The notes under the pieces: model-generated
What the model saw: only the letters and a program-made list of their open reading frames with translations
What the model was told of the DNA's origin: nothing
Database searches by the model: none
Assembly: GCA_032718475.1 (NCBI GenBank)
Contig: JAUCBJ010008494.1
Coordinates: 1-64,000 of the forward strand
Length of the DNA stretch: 64,000 nucleotides
Reading direction: 5' to 3'
From: Nemertoderma westbladi
Taxonomy: Eukaryota; Animalia; Xenacoelomorpha
Program-made: the position numbers and the translations under genes
Shown here: piece by piece, positions 47,879 through 58,770 of the stretch
How the letters are laid out: every line of letters starts with the position of its first letter
How positions within the stretch are numbered: the stretch's first letter is position 1

Positions 47879-48730
47879 CAGTCTAGCGCGGTGTATGACC
47901 CACTGTGTGTGGGAGACTGAATTCTATCGGCGTGAGGGGGGTAGGTTACTTTGTATTATTCGATTAATCTCTACTATATAATCTCCAAAAACTATGTTTA
48001 CTTTCAGGGTAATATCAACAGTTCCTTTCAGATGCTGCGCTTTAATATCAGACAGAGTTTTGACATACAATAATTACAACGGTTGTTTATAGAGCATTAT
48101 GATTTACATTCTTTAGGAATGTAGAATTATTCACTCGCACTCACTTCAATGACAATAATACGGAAACACGCTAATTTGCCGACTAATTTTGTTCATGTAT
48201 AAGGAGAAATTTAGCTCGCTTACATTGGGGTTATGAAATAGCATAAATATCATACAGACCACTGTATTTTGAGCCAATCAATCATTACTAATGCTTCCCT
48301 TCTGCTTACCTCTGAATAGCAAAGAAAGTTAGTTGGTATCATCGATTATTTGTACGTATTCTCTAAATATAAATATCAATTAAAAAGGTTACCAGACAAC
48401 AATGAATAACAGTACAAAACAGTATCAAAATAGCGCGTGGTGTCGGCAGTTAATTAGCAGGCAGATGTTTACCATTACAAAGTGCAGTTTATTGAAGTAA
48501 AGTGTTCAGATAATTGACTTTAGGCTCTATAACTCTCGCCACTAATGGTATTCGGGCAGAATAGGGCAGAATGAATTATTTGTCATATTTAGGCTTATAG
48601 AAATATGTAAGCAAGATCTCAGGAATTCGCAAAGTGAAAATTGTGCTGATTGGCTGTTCGAATAGCATAGGAGCTATGGAACAAAGAAAATATTGACCAA
48701 TGCCTGGTGATTTCGTCATTAGAGCTCTAT
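47879..48730. repeat. Diverged ~0.85-kb module, copy 1 (copy 2 at 57764-58620)
   Basis: About 15 collinear conserved blocks at near-identical spacing (see findings). Confidence 0.8.
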
Positions 48731-50011
48731 ACCAAAAATAAATGCCACAGGGCGTAAGTCTATATGTTCTCAACTTTCTTGAGATATTGAGCTGGGTTTC
48801 GAGTAGTTCGCATTCGCGTATTGCACAAAAATATACATTTTTGCTGTAAAATTGTGACAGGATTGAGTTCAAGGATCACGACCGGGTTAGGTTGTACGTG
48901 TCACTTCGCTGCTGGGCTGCTGAACTAATATCTTTGGCTGAAGGCCGTCTGGAAAATAACAGAGTTTGTGTTTCTCAGTGTTAATGTTCCAATGATAATA
49001 GCACAGTATGTATAACAAATAATAGCAGAAATTGCAATACAGAATGATTACAGCAGTATATGAAATGATGGTCGAAAGCATTGCCGGTCTGCAACTGTGT
49101 GATTAATGAACTGACCGGTAAATCAGTAATCAGAGTAAATATGATTGATACATATTAGTTTCACCTCTACATTACTGTGGCCTCTGCTACCTAATGGACG
49201 CTCTGCTGTTCTCCCCCACGTGCTCCCCTGCCCGATATTGGCTTATATACTAATTGTCACTTTGGCACTCCCTGTAGGTGTTACCCCCTGCTGCTAGCCT
49301 CGACTAGCTGGGTTCTCCCTCTGAGTTGGTTTGACCTCTCACCTCTCTCTGTGGCTTAGGGCGTGTTTCGCCCCCCGAGTTGGTTATGAGGCGAGATTAT
49401 TATTGGTAATCTCGTATTGCCAACTATATTGGTAAAATGCCACTGGTCCCATTTTCGGTGGGTAATGTAAGGGAATTGAATCCGCTTACACTCCCCCCCC
49501 ATGCTATCTTCCCGGTGAGAAGATAGCATCAACCTCAAGTGCGCTTCAATTCCGCTGGAACCCAATCTAATATTGGATGTGGGGTGGAGTTTTCTTCTCA
49601 GGGTCGGCTTTCCATACCGGCCCCCATGGGTCTGTTGTTACTACCCATCCTTGGTGCAATCACGAGCTATGTTGCACCAAGGTATCTGGTGTCTCTGTTT
49701 GAGACCATTGTGCTCACTCTCGACACAATTTTCCTCTAACCTTCCTCTAATCTTCCTCACGGATCTCGCTGTCCCTTCCTCTCTCACCAGTCCCTTGGGA
49801 CTCATTCTCCTCCGTGCTCGCTCCCCACACTTGAATTTCACTCCTTTCACTCCCTCACATGTCAACACCTCCTTCCCATACTTCCCCCATTTCCCCATTT
49901 TCGTTTTCACTCTCCATACACTTATTGGGTCCCACACATGTGTACGTCATGTCAGTGAGATCCGTCTAAAGTCTCGTCCTACTATTCTACTCATTATTCC
50001 CGTTGATTCGG

Positions 50012-50360
50012 TATTTGGTCCCATTGACCCGGCGTGCATAAATTACTGTATGTTGGTATGTCTTACCATACGTTAGTATGTATGTATTTGTACATTATGT
50101 ACCCATCAGACGTACGTAATTGTTTAGTGCGTATGTATGGTCCCATCGACCTGGCGTGCGTAAATTACTGTACATTGGTACGTCGTACCATACGTTACTA
50201 CGTATGTATTTGTACATTATGTACCCATCAGACGTATGTAATTGGTTAGTGCGTATATATGGTCCCATTGACCCGGCGTGCGTAAATTACTGTACGCTGT
50301 ACCATATGTTGCTATGCATGTATTTGTACATTATGTACCCATCAGACGTACATAATTGTA
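50012..50360. repeat. ~122-bp tandem repeat, 3 copies, inside BEL element 2
   Basis: ggtcccattgacccggcgtgc.taaattactgta...tgtacccatcagacgta repeated. Confidence 0.9.
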
Positions 50361-50550
50361 CCTACTCATATTATTTTTTTTTTATATATTATTTTATATT
50401 ATTTATTTTGTGGGAAGGGTGTATCGCCCTCATTCCCACCCCCCTCAGTCCAACTTATTGGATGACTTAACAAACTAGGGGCGATTCTTGCAGCAGGCAA
50501 CTCTCCCACTGCCCCCCTGTAGGTCCTCTTACTCTTCGCCCCACTCTCCT

Positions 50551-50710
50551 TGTCAGTTCCAACTCTCTTGGATCTGACCTTCCTGTCAGTTCCAACTCTC
50601 TTGGATCTGACCTTCCCTTCTCCTTCGTCAGTTCCAACTCTCTTGGATCTGACCTTCCCTTCTCCTCCGTCAGTTCCAACTCGCTTGGATCTGACCTTCC
50701 CTTCTCCTCC
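50551..50710. repeat. 42-bp tandem repeat (EEKGRSDPRELELT on -), ~4 copies
   Basis: gtcagttccaactctcttggatctgaccttcccttctcctcc repeated. Confidence 0.9.
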
Positions 50711-52209
50711 ACCCTAAAATCGGGTCTCTCCTCCACCCCACAGAACTCCTCATCATTGTCCCCTAGCAGCAAGATGCCACCCTTCATCTCGTCATCACTT
50801 GGCGACAGAATGCCGCCCTTCTTGTCATCCTCACTGGTATATGCCACCTTTGCTGGCCTCCCCCTCAATATATGCGCTGGCATTAAAGCCCTGATGACCC
50901 TCGGTCATCCTTCGGTACACATAATGGTCTACCATTCAATGCCCCCTCGCACTTTGCCAGCCCAGTGTGCATGTATAACACGCCCTCTCCAACTTTCCTG
51001 CTCAGCCCTGCTTGGCTCCTTTGTCACGCTTCATCATGGGCTTCTCCGCCCTTGGTCTAATCTTCTTACGTCCTCTCCCCTTCCACTCTGTCCTCATACT
51101 CGACCTCCTTCCCATTGGTATGCTTCTCAACTGGACCGGCATCTGTTCCGGACACCTCTCCGGATATTTTCATCCATCCCCATACCGATACACGCCAGGA
51201 ACATCTATGTTCCATCCCATCGCCTCTAGGTCCTCTGCGTCGAACCCATTCTCATCCGCCTACTCTCTTGCTATTGTTTCTCCTCCTGACTCATCTGTCG
51301 GCAGTATTTCTCTGTCCTCTTTCCTTTCACCATGCTCCACCGTGCGTGGTCCCAGATCCATACACATCCCCGACTCCTGGTGTCCTCCCTCGGGCAGCTT
51401 CCCATATGGGACCTCCCCATCGCCTGTCTTTGGGTTCTCCTCTGCTCCTTTGTCTTCCATTCCTCTCATTGTGCACGCGAACATGCACCTGAGGATTCCG
51501 ACATGCTGAACGGAATTCTAGACTTGATTGGGCCGCTGAGTGTCCATCCAAATGGCGTGAGAATCGCCATCGGGCCTCGCCCCCCATCCTCTCGGAACAC
51601 GGCCCATCTCCCGTGGGCCGTCGGGCAGTCCATGCCGACTTTGAGATATACTTTTGGGACGTCCAGTTCAGGCATGGAGAAATCGATACCATCCAGGAAC
51701 CGGTATTGCTTGACCTCGATCTTTGTGGGCTGCCTGGCGTTTATATTAATCGATTCTATTATTTGAATGGGATCGATGGTCGGCCCATAATCGCACCCTG
51801 GTGTTATCGCTGATAATTTGCAACGCCCCGTTTTCATTTTCAAGACCTCGTCTTTACTCGAGATAGTGGTTACCGCCATCTTGCTTGGCCTCGTTCGTAA
51901 CCCTATCTTTTCGGCCACCCAACCCTCTGTTAGCGTGAACGCTGCTCCACTATCGATCAACATTAATGTTGTGACCGATAGCCCATCCTCTCCTGTTATT
52001 CTCACTGGTACTACTTCGAGTAGTACCGTCCTTTTCCTCTTTGCTCTCATGGTGCTCGTCACCATGGTTTGGCCTCCAGTCTCATCAGTCTCAGTGTACT
52101 TTCGTGGTTTCTCTCGACACCTATCCTTCTTATGTCCTCCCCTCGCGCATCTATGGCATAACCCAAATCTCCCTGTATAGTCTAATCAATCTTCTTTCAG
52201 CATTGCCCG

Positions 52210-53241
52210 TCACTGGTCGCAATCAATGGTCTTATGCATCCTGTCCCACATATGCACCTGCTTTCTATGTATTTGACACCTATAGAATGGGTTATAACGC
52301 TCTCTGTATAGCGTCTTGCGTATTTCGTCCAGGTCCGAGCCGGATGGTTTGTTGTTTTGGTTGTATAAACCCACGTCAGGGGTGTTGTTTCCTCCATAGT
52401 CACCACGGCTGTTATATGGACTCAAAGTCCCCATTTTGTCCAGGTCCAAGTCGGATGGTTTATTGTTTTGGTTGCACATACCCATGTCAGGGGTGTTGTT
52501 TCCTCCATAGTCACCACGGCTGTTCTGTGGACTATAAGTCCCCTGGATGGTTGCGTATGGCAACGATCGCCTCACTCTCGGAAATGGGTCTGCCGGACTA
52601 TGTTCGGGTTTAGGCCAGTTGCATTCCGCTTTTGGTACCTTACCGAGACTCTCCTCACTATAGACTGGATCTGTGATCAATTCTGCTTCATAGTTAAGGA
52701 AGTTCGACATCTCCTCCAGCCCTGGCTCCGCACCTTTCTTCTCCCGGGTGGAGAAGGCGATCTTTCTCCAAGTGTTCCTCAGCCAGATCGGTAGTGCCTG
52801 CGCTATTGTAGTGATGTTATTCGTTGCTTTGATTTCGTAAGGTGAATCTAGGGTCTTTAGCACAAACAGTGCCTTTTCGACTTTATTCGCGAAGGTCTTG
52901 ATGCTGACAGGGTTATCCTGTAGTCCGTCTGATGTTATTCCCCTTAAGGTTTGTCGGATGATCTTCGCAGGATGCCCAAATTCCCTGTCCAGGGCCCTCC
53001 ATGCATTCGTGAATCCACCTTCGATACCTTGGTACTGCCTTACGATGTCGTATGCTGGCCCCCCTGTGTAAACTTGTAGGTATTTAAGGCACTCCGCCTG
53101 AGTCAAGTTTTTCGTTAAAATTTCATTACTATACATACGCCGGTATTGCAGATATTCCTCTGGCTTACTACCATCGAATTTGAACGGCTCCACTGGCGGT
53201 AGCTCGATCCTGGTCTTCAGCACGTCGCTGAGTGTTGCCAT
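52210..53241 (-). CDS. BEL Gag core (DUF1759-like)
   Basis: LPPVEPFKFDGSKPEEY...AWRALDREFG...LPIWLRNTW. Confidence 0.8.
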   Translation of the reverse strand: MATLSDVLKTRIELPPVEPFKFDGSKPEEYLQYRRMYSNEILTKNLTQAECLKYLQVYTGGPAYDIVRQYQGIEGGFTNAWRALDREFGHPAKIIRQTLRGITSDGLQDNPVSIKTFANKVEKALFVLKTLDSPYEIKATNNITTIAQALPIWLRNTWRKIAFSTREKKGAEPGLEEMSNFLNYEAELITDPVYSEESLGKVPKAECNWPKPEHSPADPFPRVRRSLPYATIQGTYSPQNSRGDYGGNNTPDMGMCNQNNKPSDLDLDKMGTLSPYNSRGDYGGNNTPDVGLYNQNNKPSGSDLDEIRKTLYRERYNPFYRCQIHRKQVHMWDRMHKTIDCDQ

Positions 53242-54035
53242 TCACATCACTTGCACTTCCAGCGCGCTCGATGGTTGGGATACAGGTTCCTCCGGTATTG
53301 GCTGGGGTTCGCCTATCAGGCCCATCGACTTTCCTTGTGTTGGATATATCATCAGGAGTAACGGTCCCCTCCATATCTTCGTGTCGCATGATTTATTTGC
53401 GTCTGAGGGGCTTGTGGTTTTTGTTGTTGGCTGCGTGTATTGCTGATACTGCAATGGGGGAATGTCACCCTGCCCCCCCCCCCTACCGGTGTTATGTTTG
53501 GTACTGGGGTTGATGTTATCATGTTAGGGCCCATGCACCTATCGGCAATACCTCCCCCCTCCCCTGGGTATATATTATATCCCTGCATGTTATAGTCATA
53601 CTGGTGTGCAGGTACCGGTATAGGCCTATCCACTTCTTGCCTACCGACCGGTATATACGCCGCGACCTCCGGGTTTAATCCCGTTGTCTGCGCTACCCTA
53701 TCGCCTACACTACCTCTCCCAGCATGGCCTATAGTATGTGCAGTAAGGCCTACAGTATGTCCTGCAGTCTGCCTGTGCCCTTCCGGACCGAAGTTTAATC
53801 TTCTCGAGTATTCCAAGAAGTCCTCCTCGCAACTACCATGTTCTCGATCGGCAGCTCCTTTCCGACGGGAAGTTTTTCTTCGATCCCCTCTCCTGTCTTC
53901 ATCCTTGTACCGGTGCACTCTATACCCCTCTCCCGGTGTGTGGTATACTTCACCAGGTTGTGTTTCTCCGGGGCGATGGCAATCTCCCAGAGTACGACCC
54001 CACCGAGTAGTAGCCTAAACAACTTCATTGAAACA

Positions 54036-54285
54036 GCGTCTGCTATAGTCTGCTATGTTAAAGACTTTACCAAACGGCTCCTGCCCCTCCCACTTACTAT
54101 GGTTACCATTGTGTATATGTGACATATGTTACCACTGTGTATATGTAACATATGCGGTATAAGGCCAGCCCACAGACGGAAGTAATTTAATTAATTCGTG
54201 TCTACTGCTTGGCGTTTGACCTTGAAAAGTAGGTGGGTTGCAGACGTTTGGTAAAGTCTTTAACATGATAGACTATGACAGATGC
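54036..54285. mobile_element. MITE-like element with ~35-40-bp imperfect TIRs
   Basis: atagtctgctatgttaaagactttaccaaacg vs cgtttggtaaagtctttaacatgatagactat. Confidence 0.7.
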
Positions 54286-54551
54286 AACATATAAAAGGTA
54301 AATAAACACTGACTAGCGCCAGCCGACAATACCACAATTCTATACTTATCGCTAAGCAACAAGTTGTGGGGCAAGCCGCGAAGTAAGTATAAGGTTATAG
54401 TATTTATAATATTATTTTAATTTGATTATTCTACCTATGGGGCGAGCCAGGAAGTGAGTGATAGCATCGAAGTAAGTAACAATATTATTATTTTAATTTG
54501 ATCATTTACTTAAATCCGTCACCGCTTTATTTAAAAATTTCTCCCACCACT

Positions 54552-54990
54552 TCACCCGCTTATCCCACTATCACCATCTGCCCAATCTTCTTCCTCATCC
54601 TCAGCATCATTACCACCACCACCATCACCCAACATCTCCATCATTCCTTCCAACATATTAATTCTCTCCTCCATCGCTTTCTCCCGCATACATCTCTCCG
54701 CCTCCCGCGCTCTCCTATCCCCCTCCGCCTCCATTTCTAACGTCCAATCTTCCCCCCACGCACTGTTTTTCCTCGCTTCTTCCCCCAAATCATTTTTCTT
54801 TTCTATCTTCTCCCACTCGTTCCTCGGATTTAATAATCTTTCTTTCTTCTTTCTCCCTCACATACATCGCCACCAATATCTCTTAGTTCTCCTTCGCAAT
54901 TTAATTCGTTACATCCTCATCTTCCTCCTCTTCCTCCGCATCCATATCTACCTCATCCACCACAAGCTCATTCTCTCCCAACATATCCAT
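54552..54990 (-). pseudogene. Decayed acidic low-complexity ORF of unknown origin
   Basis: ATG near 54990 (MDMLGENELVVDEVDMDAEEEEEDED) with internal stops, continuing into ORF 54552-54788; AATAAA ~20 nt after the stop. Confidence 0.35.
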
Positions 54991-55202
54991 GTATAATAAA
55001 TAAATAAATAAATGTGTATAATAATAATGTATAATACTGTAAATAAATAAATTTATATAATATTTTTTTCAATCGATAATTCATTATACCAACAAATAAT
55101 TTACCACCACAAAATAATAATAATAATTTAACCGTGTCTGGCTCGTTGCAGCGACACTGCCTACAAACATGGTCTATTAAAAGTTTCTACCGCTCGAAAG
55201 AT

Positions 55203-55997
55203 TCACACTGAATGTTTTATCTTCTTTATTTGAGGCTGCCCATCAGTCTCTATCTCATTGTAAATGTCTTCATCATCCACGATGTCCTCTTCAAAGTCGC
55301 TGATATCTTCACACTCATAGCTAGATGTTTTATTCACGACGAGATCAATTTTTCGCTTAAGCGCTTGTTCTTTCATGGCTTGAGGTGTTTTCATCTGAGC
55401 GCTCGCATCCCCAACGAGGGTATCAATATCCTTATAATCATTATTTTTTCCGCCTCCTAGCTCACTTTCCGCAATCGTTGGCAACCAGATTTTTTTCTCA
55501 CCTATTTTCTTAGCGGTGACTTTTACTGCCTCAGACGTCTGCAGCTGTCTAGCGTTGTTCAGCATTTCCACTTTCATGAGTTCCTCGTCCGCTAATTCAT
55601 CAATCGCAGCCTCAACAACTAACTTTTTAATCGGTAGAAACTCACACCCAGTCGGAATATCGTGGCCCGCGTACTTCTGTAATTCCTTAATTATCTTGAC
55701 ATTTGTGTTGTTTCGAGGGATGAAAATAACCTTGGTGTCGAAATTGTGGGACAAATATATCCCGTTTTCGTTGACGATCGATGTGTACCTTATACTAACC
55801 TCATCGATATTCTCCTTAACATTCTTATCTATGTTAAAGTCGGGCAAACAGAATTCATCCGCTCTGAGATTCAACCCATCGTAATATAGAACACCCTTCC
55901 GCTGTCTACCTATATCATCCGCTTCCCAAACGCCGACAAATCGTTGCCCTTCAAAGTCGTAGATATATCCAATTTACCCACAATCTTTGAACTCCAT
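55203..55997 (-). pseudogene. Orphan intronless ORF (~260 aa) with one premature stop, acidic C-terminus and basic NLS-like end
   Basis: ORF 55203-55874 extends upstream in frame (MEFKDCG*IGYIYDFEGQRFVGVWEADD...). Complex globular-looking composition; no family recognised. Confidence 0.5.
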
Positions 55998-56633
55998 AAA
56001 GCTGATTCACCAGCCGATCGCCTCAATGGTTGGAAAGCCCACTTTGAAAAGCTCCTCAATAATGACAGGGTATTGCCTGATAACTTTATAGAAGTAAAAG
56101 TGTCTGAGTCTGTACTCCCAGATATTCCCATTGGCGATATCTCCTTTGCAGAAGTGAAGGCTGCTGCAAAGAGCATTAAGACCAATCGTGCCAGTGGAGT
56201 AGATGGTGTTCCCCCTGAGGTCTTTAAAATACCTGAGTGTTTAAAGCTCATCTATCCCATCATAGTAGACATGTACCGTACAACAAGAGTCCCACAAGAA
56301 ATGAAATCAAATAAGTTGGTGCCAGTTCCCAAGAAGGGCAACCTAACACTCTATGGTTCTTTTCGGGGAATCTCATTGATCTCGATTGCTGCAAAAATAT
56401 ACAATAGAATTCTATTAAATCGCATCAGGGATCCCATTGAGAGACTGCTACGTGGAAATCAGAATGGGATCCGTAAAGGTCGTGGGACCATGGAGCCCAT
56501 TTTGGCATTTAGAAGGATAATTGAAGAGTTATCAAAAAAGAAAGACAGGCATCTGGCTGTTATCTTTGTTGACTTCTTCAAGGCCTTTGATTCAGTCTCT
56601 CGCTCACGTATGTTCAGCATACTTTCATTATAT
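55998..56633 (+). mobile_element. Internal RTE fragment (both ends truncated, no tail)
   Basis: Near-identical to the reverse complement of ~3172-3810 (ADSPADRLNGWK...FSILSLY). Confidence 0.92.
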
Positions 56634-57029
56634 CGGGTAACCAGTTTAATCGCTATTGTCCTGAGAGAATTTTCTTTTTGAAAAACTTCCTCAATTTCAA
56701 TGGAAATATTTATTTACACTTAAATTGGTTGACATGACGAAAGTGGTAACAGATTTACGGTGGCGATTAATGCAACCGATATAAATTTCTATAGACACAC
56801 CCCCGAATTTCCACAGAATATTACTCACGGTTAAATTGATTGACGTCAACTGTATTAACTGTGTAGCTTCTTAGAAGTTTCATAATTTTAAGCATGAGCG
56901 AATTTAATTTAATGTCGGCATCGTAAACTTTCCCTCCCGACGGATATTTTTACTGTAATCATTTAATAAAAACGAACGATCGCAGTGAGCGAACGACATT
57001 GACCCCCTCCCGGGTTTAATAGGGTTAAA

Positions 57030-57400
57030 ACTTCTGGAATGTCTTCGTTGTTCTATATATATACTACAATAACTCTGTCTGCACCATCAACTGGCGTCTC
57101 AGTCGCTACTACTGTCCCTACATTATGTGTTGTTGGTCCAGCTTCGTCAGATGTGGCATAAGGTGTTGTTCCGCCATTTTCTGGTGGGCTAGTATCGTCT
57201 GCAGTTTCGTAATTCTCTGTTACTGGAGCGTCAGTATTTGTCAAATTACTCATTCTCTTGTCTGTATCAATGTGTTAATATTCTGTCAATATAAATACTT
57301 ACCTTGCGGTGAAAATTAATTTAGTTATAACAAAATTTATATTTGCTGCATTTAACAGCTAGAATATTATATTGGTATAGGATATTACACCTAACACTTA
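57030..57400 (-). other. Possible spliced host-gene remnant with ~41-43-nt introns and a Thr/Pro/acidic-rich exon
   Basis: GTAAGT...AG introns at ~57303-57263 and ~57401-57359; ORF 57053-57253 is mucin-like. Confidence 0.3.
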
Positions 57401-57763
57401 CCAATATATTCTAATTAATTTACCTTTAATATTTTTATAAATGGCTGTGGGTCAGAGACAACCTTCAACGCACAATAAAAAATACCTTAGATCACATTTT
57501 GTACGGGCTTATACCAACCGATGTTACCTTTTCCAAATTTATCTCTAGAATTTTTTTAATATTCAAATCACTAAATTCTAGCCATAAAAACTTTCAATTT
57601 TATCTCACGGGCAGAAAGAAATAATAACGATACAACTAACCTTAGTGTTCGCGCTTTCAGACCTTTAGCAGTTTAACCCGCCAATTTTAGGTGTCCTCTT
57701 GTTTATAAATCGACTTTAGCCTATAACAACTATTTAATGCACATGAAGTAACATTAGCCGAAG

Positions 57764-58620
57764 CCAGTCTATGCGCAATCATTCACCCACAGTTAAGGGA
57801 GACTGGATTCGGATGCTTTGAAGGGATTGCGGTGCAGACCTACGGTATTATTCGATTGATCGTTACTATATAATCTCTGACAATATTATTCACTTTCGGG
57901 GAAATATTAACAGTTCCTTTAGGACGTGGCGCTTTAAGTATAAAACAGAGTTATGACTTATACTAAACACAACGAGATGGCTACTGATTTTCGTAAATAG
58001 CGCATTCTTTAGGAGATGCTTTATTATCTGTCACACTGCTGCATACGACTTCACACTGCTGCACACTTATTTGCCGACCGTCACTGAATTTAACCATATA
58101 TAAGGAGGATAGCAACTGACACATGTAGGGATTATGAAATAGCATTTAATGCACACTAAAACCACTGTAATGTAAGTCGCAATTGCTACCGGTAACAGGT
58201 CCCTCTTACCTTCAGTAATCAAGAAGATTGGGGTTTTATGATTATTTATCGATATTCTCCAAATAGAACAACATATTCATCAACATATAACAGTTAATAA
58301 CCGACAGTAAACAGCAGTAAAATAATTCGGTGAATAGGATTGCGTGAGTGCAGAGTTAATAGATTTACGTTTTTATAATCAAAGCCGTCTAATGTTGGCC
58401 AAAGTCTGAAACTTCTAACACAGAAGTACAGAAGAATTTCCAAGCAGTTGTTCTCGCTCAGAAAGGTAAACAAAGACCGTAATGCATTGCGCGGTTTTCC
58501 GTAGGCCTCTGTGCAAGATAAAATGAAAATCGCTCTGATTGGCCGAGCGAGCTGAACGAAGAAGTTCCACATCGACAGTAAATCAGCTGACAGATTTCGT
58601 CATCTGAACTACACTCTATT
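57764..58620. repeat. Diverged ~0.85-kb module, copy 2
   Basis: Collinear with 47879-48730. Confidence 0.8.
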
Positions 58621-58635
58621 TAGAGTATTTGGCGT

Positions 58636-58770
58636 ATTGCGGCATAAAATGGCTTGTTATGTCCGCTAAAACACCTACAGGGTACATTGCGGAGAAAATG
58701 GCTTGTTATGTCCGCTAAAACAACTAAACAGTTCATTGCGGAGAAAAATGACTGGTTATATCCGCAAAAG
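58636..58770. repeat. ~50-bp tandem repeat, ~3 copies
   Basis: attgcgg..aaaatggcttgttatgtccgctaaaaca repeated. Confidence 0.8.

Larger units (their letters stand above)
48853..54007 (-). mobile_element. Second BEL/Pao element (related subfamily): 3' LTR, PPT, gag and protease, no RT/RH/IN; 5' part truncated
   Basis: LTR 48853-49490 (TG...CA) with adjacent PPT ggggggggag on -. Gag 52210-53918 and protease 51466-52065 (LIDSGA) are homologous to element 1; homology stops at ~51440 and ~54007. Confidence 0.88.
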
